A program made the position numbers and the translations under genes. The notes under the pieces were generated by a model. It did no database searches and was not told the origin of the DNA. It was given only the letters and a program-made list of their open reading frames with translations. This document shows positions 9,727 to 18,149 of a stretch of DNA of 64,000 bases, piece by piece (position 1 is the stretch's first letter; each line of letters opens with the position of its first letter). The stretch lies in NCBI GenBank assembly GCA_963733635.1, contig CAVTEH010000004.1, positions 259,836-323,835 of the forward strand. The letters are read 5' to 3'. The DNA comes from an uncultured Actinomycetota bacterium (GTDB taxonomy: Bacteria > Actinomycetota > UBA4738 > HRBIN12).

Positions 9727-11003
9727 CCGGTAGCGCGAAGGATCTCCTCGTGCCTCCAGGGCCGGAAGAGCCGATCGCCGTCGCAGCGTTCGAGCTCGCC
9801 AACGTACCGGCGGACATAGACGCCGTCGTGATCGAAGCGATGAGCCTGGCGAACCGGGTCCAGCGGCCTCCCTCGCCGAGGAGCGACGCCCGTGCCGGCG
9901 GCCCACTGCCAGTTGCCAGCGTTGCTGGATGGGTCGCCATCCACCAGATGGTGCATGAAGTGGCGAGCTCCCTCCTGCCACGGAACACCCATCCGCCGGG
10001 TGAGGAAGGAGGCGGCGACCAACCGAGCGCGATTGTGCATCCAGCCCTCCCGCTGCAGCTGACGCATCCCAGCATCCACGATCGGCACCCCCGTTCGGCC
10101 GGTGATCCAGGCTTCCAGGGCGCCTGCATCGAGAGGCACAGGCGAGGCACCTCCCGCGCGCATGTCCTGCCACGTCATCGATGGCACCTCGGCACGAAGC
10201 TGTAGGAAGAAGTCGCGCCACGCGATCTGACGCACGAACTCCTCAGCGCCCACGACGCCACGCAAGTGTGCGACCGCCTCCACGGGCGACACGCACCCGA
10301 AACGCAGATACGGCGACAGCCGGGAGGTCGCGTCGCGACCGAGTTCGTTCCTGGACTCCCCATATTCCGATGCGTCACGCGAAAGGAAGCTGCGTAGACG
10401 CTTCCTGCCGAAGACCTCTCCTCCGGGTGGAAGGTCGGTAGCGGTTGGATGGTATCGGGCGGGATCCGGCAACCGCCCGCCTCCCATTCCGACCCGGACC
10501 GGGATCGTGCGAGGGGCGGGTAGGAGTGCCCTCAAGTCGCGTTCCCACCACGCTCGCAGGTACGGCGTGAACACGCGATAGCAACCTCTGCCTCTTGGGA
10601 CGAGCTCACCGGGCTCGATGGCGGCATGTCCAGGGAATGCTCGAGCTGGGTGACAACCGTTCGCGATAAGGGCACGGTCCAGGCGTGCATCCCGGTCGGA
10701 TGCGAATGCGCCGACGTCCCGGGTCATGTAGACAGCCTTACAATCCATGTCCGCGACGGCCCTGGCGACCTCCGTTGCAACATCGCCCGTCCGCACGAAG
10801 AGCCGACCGCCTCTCTTCTGCAGCGATGCATCCAACCCAGCCAGGCACTCGGCGAGGAACCGAGCCCTGTTGGGCGATATCGCCATCAGCTGGGGATCCA
10901 CGACGAACAGAGGCACGACGTCATCGGTGACACGGCATGCTTCCCACAGTGCGGGATGGTCGTGGACCCGCAGGTCTCTCGTGAACAGGACCATCACGCG
11001 CAT
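9693..11003 (-). CDS. phr: deoxyribodipyrimidine photolyase
   Basis: Intact 436-aa ORF. LFTRDLRVHDHPAL at the N-terminus and TGVPIVDAGMRQLQREGWMHNRARLVAASFL in the FAD domain. Confidence 0.9.
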   Translation of the reverse strand: MRVMVLFTRDLRVHDHPALWEACRVTDDVVPLFVVDPQLMAISPNRARFLAECLAGLDASLQKRGGRLFVRTGDVATEVARAVADMDCKAVYMTRDVGAFASDRDARLDRALIANGCHPARAFPGHAAIEPGELVPRGRGCYRVFTPYLRAWWERDLRALLPAPRTIPVRVGMGGGRLPDPARYHPTATDLPPGGEVFGRKRLRSFLSRDASEYGESRNELGRDATSRLSPYLRFGCVSPVEAVAHLRGVVGAEEFVRQIAWRDFFLQLRAEVPSMTWQDMRAGGASPVPLDAGALEAWITGRTGVPIVDAGMRQLQREGWMHNRARLVAASFLTRRMGVPWQEGARHFMHHLVDGDPSSNAGNWQWAAGTGVAPRRGRPLDPVRQAHRFDHDGVYVRRYVGELERCDGDRLFRPWRHEEILRATGYPAPIVDLPD

Positions 11004-11151
11004 GCCTCAATGGTCCACGGTCCGTCGATCCATCCTGGCTCGCGAAGCTATGCAGTCGCGCCGTTCCGTGATCCACATGCCATCGGCGTGGGAATCACCT
11101 CTCACACGGCCGGTCACCCACGACTCGGCCACCGGATGAAAGGGAGGGACC

Positions 11152-11859
11152 ATGCGCGATACGCGCACCGCGATCCGAACGGTGATCGCAGCATCACTGG
11201 TAGTTGGCCTCATGGCTACGGCGGCCTCGGCCGGACAGCGCGGTGAGAACGCCGGTCGGCGGTACGGCCCGGCGAAGGTCACGCTCGTCCACGGGATCGA
11301 CGGGAAAGACGGGACCCCGGTCGACATCTCGCTCTGGCGACTCGGCGGCAAGATCCTGCGGTTCGAGGACGTCACCTACGGCACGGTGGCCGGTCCGCTC
11401 GATGTCAAGCCGGGCGTCTACCGCGTCGCCGTGCGGGCAGCTGACGCACCGACGTACTCGAAGCCGCTCTTGAAGCGCTTGGTCTGGCTATGGCCTGGGG
11501 CGAACAAGTCCGTCGTGGCTCACCTTAAGGCACACGGTTCACCGACACTCTCCGCATACCGGAACGATGTCAGCGAGTCCGACGCCGGAGCTCGCATCAC
11601 GGTTCGCCACAACGCAGCGGTCGGCCCGGTCAACGTCTTCGCGAACGGAACCAAGGTGATCACACGCCTTGCGAACCCACACGAGGCCGTCCTCGACATC
11701 CCCGCTGCCACGTTGCAAATCAAAGTGAGGATTGCTGGTGGACCGGAGGTGTTCGACGCCGATCTCGCGTTCGGTGAGGACACGAACACAATCGTCTACG
11801 CGACCCTGGACGCCAAGGGGAACTTCAACCCATTGCTCCAAGTCCTCCCGACGGCCTGA
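11152..11859 (+). CDS. secreted DUF4397 domain protein
   Basis: Signal-like N-terminus (AIRTVIAASLVVGLMATAASA). Repeated PGVYRVAV / LQIKVRIAG type beta-sandwich segments. Confidence 0.7.
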   Translation: MRDTRTAIRTVIAASLVVGLMATAASAGQRGENAGRRYGPAKVTLVHGIDGKDGTPVDISLWRLGGKILRFEDVTYGTVAGPLDVKPGVYRVAVRAADAPTYSKPLLKRLVWLWPGANKSVVAHLKAHGSPTLSAYRNDVSESDAGARITVRHNAAVGPVNVFANGTKVITRLANPHEAVLDIPAATLQIKVRIAGGPEVFDADLAFGEDTNTIVYATLDAKGNFNPLLQVLPTA

Positions 11860-11874
11860 CCGCTCGGCCACGCT

Positions 11875-11909
11875 GCTCCGGAGCCGTCCGCCCGTGACGG
11901 CTCCGGAGC
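11875..11909 (+). terminator. stem-loop downstream of the DUF4397 gene
   Basis: gctccggagccgtc-cgcccgt-gacggctccggagc gives a 14-bp perfect stem. No T-tract. Confidence 0.5.
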
Positions 11910-11953
11910 TCGCGATCCTGGCTCGCTAAACTTCCCCGTTTGACCAACGAACG

Positions 11954-12562
11954 TTACGGGGGCCTGGGGGTGCTCCAGCTCTCGGCGGCTTCGCGTGCGA
12001 GTCCCTTGGCCTTGGCCTCCCGCCACTCAACAGCGAACTCGTCGAACTCCTCGGGCGTGGCCATCTCCATCTCATCGGCGTACCACTGGAGGATCACGTT
12101 CGGCAGGCCATCGAGGAAAGACGGCCAATCGGTCGAGGCGTCTTCGATGCGATCCCACACGGAGTTCCAGCCGGTGACCTCACGGAGCATCTCCTCCTCG
12201 GCCTCGGTGATGGGGGGGTCGTAGTTGGGCTCGGACGGGGCGAGCATCAGGTCTACCTCCCGCCGCAGGGTCGCGTCACGGTTGAGCCAGCTCCCCACGG
12301 TTCCCTTGTCGATGCCGGCGTCACGGGCGGCGTCCGCGATGGTGAGGGACTTGTCCGGGTGGAGCTTCAGGTAGAACAAGCTCTTGAGGAACGTGGACTT
12401 GGACGGCGGCGGCTCCTTGATCGGGTAGTGGTGCAGGCCCACCATCCGGGCCTTGCGGTACAGCGCCTCGGCCATCGCCCGGTAGTCCTGCTCGATCATG
12501 GGCCAGTCGGCATCGCTTATGGGCTCACCGCCGCGTTCGCCCGCGCCTCGGCCATCTCCCAC
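11954..12562 (-). CDS. HTH-containing phage-like protein (paralog A)
   Basis: LKSLFYLKLHPDKSLTIADAARDAGIDKGTVGSWLNRD is paralogous to the next gene. The likely start is the internal ATG near 12497. Confidence 0.45.
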   Translation of the reverse strand: MGDGRGAGERGGEPISDADWPMIEQDYRAMAEALYRKARMVGLHHYPIKEPPPSKSTFLKSLFYLKLHPDKSLTIADAARDAGIDKGTVGSWLNRDATLRREVDLMLAPSEPNYDPPITEAEEEMLREVTGWNSVWDRIEDASTDWPSFLDGLPNVILQWYADEMEMATPEEFDEFAVEWREAKAKGLAREAAESWSTPRPP

Positions 12563-12963
12563 TGACGTTGGGCACGCCTGGGGTCGCTGTAGCGGCCTGC
12601 ACGGGCACGCCGTGATTCGTACTGGTAGGCCTTCTTCCAGCGGTCGGCCTCTGCCCGGAGCGCGGCGGCGTCATTCTCGACCGCTCGGGTAACCTCCTGC
12701 ACCGCCGGGGGCCTGTCGGTCTTGGCACCGATCGCCGTCGAGATGGCGACCGCGAACGACTGGTCTCTGGCCTTCCACGACCGTGCCGTGCCGGCGGATA
12801 CGCATGCGTCGGTCGCCGCGCCGGCGAGGGTCGGCTTCTCACCGGCCAGGCGAAGGTAGATCAGGGACTTGATGAGCTCGGCCTTGATCTCGTCCCGGAC
12901 GGTGTGCCGCATCCACGAGGCTTCGAACTCGTCAACCGCCCGTTGGCGTAGGGCCTCGTTCAC
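12517..12963 (-). CDS. HTH-containing phage-like protein (paralog B)
   Basis: IKSLIYLRLAGEKPTLAGAATDACVSAGTARSWKARD. ATGA overlap with the upstream gene. Confidence 0.45.
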   Translation of the reverse strand: MNEALRQRAVDEFEASWMRHTVRDEIKAELIKSLIYLRLAGEKPTLAGAATDACVSAGTARSWKARDQSFAVAISTAIGAKTDRPPAVQEVTRAVENDAAALRAEADRWKKAYQYESRRARAGRYSDPRRAQRQWEMAEARANAAVSP

Positions 12964-13232
12964 CGTGGTGCACCGCCAGCGTCCTCACCCATCACCGCTC
13001 GGACCGCGACCCGGGTCCAGTGGTGGAACGCCCCAGCCGGGAGCGGGAGACGAGAGCGGTGGAACAGGACGGCGATCTCGTCGTCGGTCTTGCCCGCTGC
13101 TCGCTCCTGGCGGACCACATCGCTGAGTGCAGCCCTCACGGCATGATTTTCAGCTCTTGCATGCCATCTAGCCCGCCTCCGCCCAGTGGTCGAGGAGCTG
13201 ACGGGCCAGCGGTTCGGAGAACTGATCCCCAC
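12960..13232 (-). CDS. small DNA-binding-like protein (recombinase-HTH-like segment)
   Basis: AAGKTDDEIAVLFHRSRLPLPAGAFHHWTRVAVRAVMG resembles the IA..LN..G.PTP.G..W motif of serine-recombinase accessory domains. The start may be GTG 13139. Confidence 0.3.
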   Translation of the reverse strand: MGISSPNRWPVSSSTTGRRRARWHARAENHAVRAALSDVVRQERAAGKTDDEIAVLFHRSRLPLPAGAFHHWTRVAVRAVMGEDAGGAPR

Positions 13233-13630
13233 GACCGAAGGCCTCTTCGACGGCCGCCTGCACCACGGCCAGCTCGTCGGAGGCGGGGAGGGCGTCCTGT
13301 TCGGGCGTCATGGCGCGGCGGAGTGCAATGCCTTCGGGGACGTACCCGCACCGTCGATCAAGGTCTGTGGCGGCAGGTGGCCTGAAGTCGTCGGAGCAGA
13401 GCGCGTGCGTAGTGCCCTGACGGCGGTGGTCGGGATGCAACCTCGACGAAGTTCACCCAGGCGCCGGGTCTGGCAGTCACCTCGTAGTCGAGGTAGCCCA
13501 GCGGTCGGCCTTCGGTGTCGCTGGCCACGATGGTGCCGTCGTACCCATCCGCGGTGGGCTCGATGGTGGATGCGAACCCGAGTTCCATCACGGCCGGTTC
13601 CCGGGTGACGCTCGTAAGCGCCCAGGTCAT
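13168..13630 (-). CDS. hypothetical, weakly GNAT-like protein (frameshift near 13430)
   Basis: ORFs 13358-13630 and 13168-13440 join as ...GAWVNFVEV/HPDHRRQG..., which resembles GNAT motif A. Confidence 0.3.
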
Positions 13631-13829
13631 CCAGCGCCTTCCGCCACTTCTTCTCAGCGGCCTGGTGGCGCTCCTCCGCGTCAGGTCCCGTACTCGGTCA
13701 GCGCCTTGACGCCTTCGCGGTCAGCCTCTCGAACCCGGGCGTAGAGATCCTCCAGCTTCGGGTCTGGAGTTGGTTCTTCCCCGCTCTTCATGCAAGCACG
13801 ATGCAACGCTTGCCTAGGGCTTCAGAGGA

Positions 13830-14069
13830 TCAGGCAGGAGGGGGTGCAGCAGGACCTGGGTGGCCGGTCCGAATCTCCAGGATGGTCCACAACTCGGCTC
13901 GGAGCTGGTCCACGAGTCCGAGGCGATCCATCACTTGGGTCGGGATGCTGTCCTTCTCGTCGAGGATGGATAGGAAGACGTGCACGACGCCGATGACCTC
14001 GACGCCAGCACCCGTGGCCACCGTGGCGGCCCGTTCCAAGACGGTATTCATTCGTGGATGATCTTCCAT
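13830..14069 (-). CDS. Clp N-terminal (Clp_N repeat) domain protein
   Basis: LERAATVATGAGVEVIGVVHVFLSILDEKDSIPTQVMDRLGLVDQLRAEL. Strong RBS ggagggagg 5 nt before ATG 14069. Confidence 0.55.
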   Translation of the reverse strand: MEDHPRMNTVLERAATVATGAGVEVIGVVHVFLSILDEKDSIPTQVMDRLGLVDQLRAELWTILEIRTGHPGPAAPPPA

Positions 14070-14279
14070 GGTCACCTCCCTCCTTAGGAGGCTAGCGCCC
14101 TCGCTCGGGCGGTGCATGATGGATGTACGCGTTGCACACGGTTACGTGCAGTCGTTGCAGGGTTTCGCTGCAAACGTTGCTTGTGGGCGGTGCAATCGAC
14201 CTCAGGCTTGCAGGAGGCCGAGTGGAGGGTCCCGGCTGGCAGCGTTTCCGCAGGTACCAGAATGATCCGAGGGCTAAGA

Positions 14280-14307
14280 GCATATGTATATATAGCTATA
14301 CATATGC
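14280..14307. repeat. AT-rich inverted repeat gcatatgta-N10-tacatatgc
   Basis: 9-bp arms around tatatagcta. A strong compositional outlier in GC-rich, apparently non-coding DNA next to the tRNA-Lys att site. Confidence 0.6.
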
Positions 14308-14517
14308 ACCCCGTCGGCCGTGTGCCCCCGCCCGGTCGCGCCCGCGTGGGGTGGTGGACGGACGGCGACTGCTGACACCCCACCAGTAGTAGTAGCCCCC
14401 CTCTACCTACCTATGTAATGTGGTGGGTGATCGTGAGCTCGGGACACGTAGGGACACGGTCAAGGTAACCAGCGTAGTGATGATGGTGAGTACACTGCCT
14501 GTAGTGCAGGCGATGTG

Positions 14518-14565
14518 GTGGTGGGCCCCCGGGGACTTGAACCCCGAACCTGCGGATTAAGAGTC
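14518..14565. repeat. 48-bp direct repeat (tRNA-proximal copy, inside tRNA-Lys)
   Basis: Identical to 2864-2911. Confidence 0.9.
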
Positions 14566-14595
14566 CGTTGCTCTGCCGAATTGAGCTAGAGGCCC
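14519..14595 (-). tRNA. tRNA-Lys (anticodon CTT), CCA encoded
   Basis: Reverse complement GGGCCTCTAGCTCAATTCGGCAGAGCAACGGACTCTTAATCCGCAGGTTCGGGGTTCAAGTCCCCGGGGGCCCACCA folds as a cloverleaf. Anticodon loop is CTCTTAA. Confidence 0.9.
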
Positions 14596-14674
14596 GCCCG
14601 AAGATAACAGCCTCGTGCGGCGCCCGCCGACGGCGGATCGCCGATCCATCGTGGACCATCTAGGCTCCCGGGCC

Positions 14675-16228
14675 ATGGGTGACCACGACGAACCCGTCGA
14701 CGACGAGCACGACGAGGAGCAGCAACACGAGAGCCAGCGCGAGATCCGGTTGGACAAGATCCGCGCGATGGAGCAAGCGGGCGTCAACCCGTATCCGTTC
14801 CGCTTCGACCCCGACCACCACGTCGCCGACATCCGCTCTGAGCACGGGGACCTGGCGCCCGGTTCGGCGACCGACGACCGCGTCACGGTGGCAGGCCGGC
14901 TGATGCTGCTTCGCCGTCAGGGCGGCTTGAGCTTCGCGACCCTGCACGATCGCACCGGATCCATCCAGCTGTTCGTGGACTCGAAGAGGATCGGCGCCGA
15001 GCGCCATCACGAGTTCGATCGCCTGGATCGTGGCGATTGGGTGGGGATCGAGGGCACCGTCATGACGACGCGCCGTGGCGAGCTGTCCGTCAACGTCGAC
15101 ACGTTCGAGCTCCTGGGCAAGGCGATCCGCCCGCTACCCGACAAGTGGCGAGGCCTTACCGACGCCGACACCCGTTTGCGCCAGCGCTACGTCGACCTGG
15201 TCGCCAACGAGCGCACACGCGAGATCTTCGAGATCCGTCGCAAGGTGCTCATCGCGATCCGTGCCTACCTGGAGGACGCAGGGTTCTACGAGGTCGAAGG
15301 CCCCATGCTCGGCTCGATCCAGGGCGGCGCGACGGCGAAACCGTTCACCACCCACCACAACGCGTTGGACCTAGACCTGTACCTGCGTATCGCGGAGGAG
15401 CTGCACCTGAAGCGGCTGATCGTGGGCGGCATGGAGCGGGTATTCGAGATCGGGCGTGTCTTCCGCAACGAAGGCGTGGACACCAGCCATAACCCTGAAT
15501 TCACGATGTTGGAGGCATATCAGGCGTACGCGGACTACCACGACATGATGGACCTCACCCAGGACCTCATCGTGCACGCCGCCAAGGAAGCCCTGGACGG
15601 CGGCCTCGAGGTCACCCTGGACGGTCAGCCTCTGGACCTGTCACCGCCGTGGCCGCGTGCACGCATGGCCGATCTCATCAAGGACGCGACAGGCGATGAC
15701 ATGAGCCCCACGATGCAGGTCCAGGACGCGCGCACGATCCTGGACGGCATGGACCTGCACTTCGAATCGGAGTGGGGCGCCGGCCGCATGATGAAGGCCG
15801 TGTACGACGAGAAGGTTCAGCGAACGGTGCGCGGTCCGCTCTTCTGCCTGGACTACCCCCAGGAGGTCTCACCGCTGGCTCGCGCACATCGGTCCGAGCC
15901 CGGCTATGTGGAACGGTTCGAGTTGATCGTGGGCGGGCACGAGCTGTGCAACGCCTTCAGCGAGCAGAACAACCCCCTGCTGCAGCTGGAAGCCTTCGAG
16001 CGAGAAGCACGAGCGAAGGCGGCCGGTGACCGCGAGTCCGGCGACGTCGACCTCGATTACGTGCGAGCGCTCGAGTACGGCATGCCGCCCACCGGAGGGC
16101 TCGGCCTCGGCATCGACCGGCTGGTGATGCTCATCGGCAGCGTCGAGTCGATCCGCGACGTGATCTTGTTCCCGACGCTTCGGCCCGAGTTCGGCGGCAT
16201 CGCCACCGACCCTGAGCCTTCGGGGTGA
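14675..16228 (+). CDS. lysS: lysine--tRNA ligase (class II)
   Basis: Intact ORF, open from 14615; ATG 14675 is preferred. NPYPFRFD, FRNEG, ELCNAFSEQN and GGLGLGIDRLVML motifs. Confidence 0.9.
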   Translation: MGDHDEPVDDEHDEEQQHESQREIRLDKIRAMEQAGVNPYPFRFDPDHHVADIRSEHGDLAPGSATDDRVTVAGRLMLLRRQGGLSFATLHDRTGSIQLFVDSKRIGAERHHEFDRLDRGDWVGIEGTVMTTRRGELSVNVDTFELLGKAIRPLPDKWRGLTDADTRLRQRYVDLVANERTREIFEIRRKVLIAIRAYLEDAGFYEVEGPMLGSIQGGATAKPFTTHHNALDLDLYLRIAEELHLKRLIVGGMERVFEIGRVFRNEGVDTSHNPEFTMLEAYQAYADYHDMMDLTQDLIVHAAKEALDGGLEVTLDGQPLDLSPPWPRARMADLIKDATGDDMSPTMQVQDARTILDGMDLHFESEWGAGRMMKAVYDEKVQRTVRGPLFCLDYPQEVSPLARAHRSEPGYVERFELIVGGHELCNAFSEQNNPLLQLEAFEREARAKAAGDRESGDVDLDYVRALEYGMPPTGGLGLGIDRLVMLIGSVESIRDVILFPTLRPEFGGIATDPEPSG

Positions 16229-16299
16229 GTGACGGGATTTGAACCCGCGGCCTCCTGGACCACAACCAGGCGCTCTAACCGAGCTGAGCTACACCCACC
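16224..16299 (-). tRNA. tRNA-His (anticodon GTG) with G-1
   Basis: Reverse complement GGTGGGTGTAGCTCAGCTCGGTTAGAGCGCCTGGTTGTGGTCCAGGAGGCCGCGGGTTCAAATCCCGTCACTCACC. Its 3' end overlaps the lysS stop codon on the opposite strand. Confidence 0.85.
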
Positions 16300-16342
16300 A
16301 TATGCCGCAACGAACCGCAGCCCTCCAACGATACCAACGGGA

Positions 16343-16672
16343 TCAGGAGGGCCAGTCGGGCTTGGCCTTCGGCGCATTCAGCAGGTCGTCCAGCGAGGGC
16401 TTGCTCTCGCGCTCAGCTTTCGCCAATTCCTCCGCGAGCCGGTCCGACGGCGGATCGTCTGCCGCCTCGAGCATCTCCTCCAGCGACTTGCCGGCGCTTC
16501 CCTTCAACCGGATGCGCAGCGCGGCCAGCACCGACTCGTGATGCTCCGAGAGGCCGTGGGCGACCTTGATCTCGGTCAGGGCTTCTTCCGCCTTCGCCAG
16601 AAGCTCCGCGTCATCCACAACCACAGTCTGCCACCGGGCGGCTTGCCTGAGGACCTCTCCATGAGGCATCAT
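16343..16672 (-). CDS. hypothetical acidic helical protein
   Basis: MMPHGEVLRQAARW...ELAKAERESKPSLDDLL. The start was chosen at the ATGATG inside the longer ORF. Confidence 0.4.
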   Translation of the reverse strand: MMPHGEVLRQAARWQTVVVDDAELLAKAEEALTEIKVAHGLSEHHESVLAALRIRLKGSAGKSLEEMLEAADDPPSDRLAEELAKAERESKPSLDDLLNAPKAKPDWPS

Positions 16673-16722
16673 TGAACGGTCGTTCAGGAATCGCTTGGAC
16701 GGCGTTCGAGGAGGCGACACCC

Positions 16723-18100
16723 ATGGCAGTGCAGGACCCGATCGAGTTCGACTTCGCGTGCATCGATTCCCTGATCGAGCGTGAGGAAGCCGAGCTCGAG
16801 CCCAAGCGGCAGGCGTCGATCGCCTATCGCGCGGTGGCCGATCGTTACGTGGCCGGCGGTGTCGCATCGAGCTGGCAGGACTCGCCGCCCCACGCGATCT
16901 TCATCGACCGTGGCCTGGGCAACCGGCTGTGGGACATCGACCAGAACGAGTACATCGACTTCCACCTCGGCTACGGCGCCATGGTGATGGGCCATGCGCA
17001 TCCCGAAGATCGTGGAAGCGATCCAAACGCAGGCCGCCCTCGGCACCCATTTCGCACAGCCCACGAAGCACCTCGACGTGGTCGGCGAGAACCTGACCGA
17101 TCGGTTCGGGCTGCCGCTCTGGCGCTTCGCCAACTCTGGCACCGAAGCCACGCTGGAAGGCGCGCGCCTGATGCGCGCCAACACCGGCCGCGACGTGATC
17201 GTGAAGATCGAGGGCACCTACCACGGGCACCACGACTCGCTGATGTTCTCGGTCGCGCCGGAAGCCGACGACATGGGACCACGCGAGCACCCGAACGTGG
17301 TCGCCCAGGCCGACGGCATCCCCGAGACGTTCGGCGAGCTCCTTCGCGTGGTGCCTTTCAACGACCTGGAAGCAGCGAGGAAGGTATTCGCCGAGAACGA
17401 GGGTGCGATCGCCGGCATGTTCGTCGAGCCCGCCATGATGAACTGCGGCGTGATCCTGCCTGAGCCCGGTTACCTGCAGGGCCTGAAGGACCTCTGCCAC
17501 GCCAATGGTGCCTACCTGGCCTTCGACGAGGTGAAGACCGGCGCGACCCTGGCCTACGGCGGCGCCACCGAAGTGTTCGGCGTGACCCCGGACATCATCT
17601 GTCTGGCCAAGGCGATCGGAGGCGGCACACCGTGCGGCGCCATCGGCGCAACCCGCGAGCTGTATCAGCCGATCATCGACGGCACCTACGACATGGCGGG
17701 AACATTCAACGGCAACCCGCTGACGATGGCCGCGTCGCGGGCGGCGCTGCTCGAGGTGCTCACGCGCGACGTGTACGAAGGGTTCAACCGCATCGACAAG
17801 GCCATGAAGGACGGCCTCAGCTCGGTGATCGAGCAGTACCGACTGCCCGCCTACGTCAGCGGCGTCGGCGCGAAAGGTTCGGTGATCTACTCGGCAACGC
17901 CGGTGCGCGAGTACCGCGACGTCGTCGGCATCGACGAACGGCTCAGCTACCTGGCGTGGCTGTTCCAGCAGAACCGAGGCGTCTTCAAGTCACCGTGGAC
18001 CAAGCAGGAAACGTGGACGCTGTCGGTGTGGCACACCGAGGACGACGCGAAACGCTACGTTGACAACTTCGAGGAGTTCGCGGCCGCCGTCAGCGCCTGA
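16723..18100 (+). CDS. class-III aminotransferase, glutamate-1-semialdehyde aminomutase-like (frameshift near 17005)
   Basis: GYGAMVMGHAHP / KIVEAIQTQAALGTHF...NSGTEA...FDEVKTG...GTFNGNP. RBS gaggagg before ATG 16723. Confidence 0.8.
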
Positions 18101-18149
18101 GGGTGGGCCGGGCTCGATCCGGCCGTCACGCAGGACCGAGGGAACACCG

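Noticed and set aside
2912-14517. Tyrosine or serine integrase expected next to the tRNA-Lys att site
   Set aside because: No R..HxxR..Y or resolvase catalytic-Ser motif was found in any of the six frames. Only a short recombinase-HTH-like segment (12960-13232) exists, so no integrase feature is reported.
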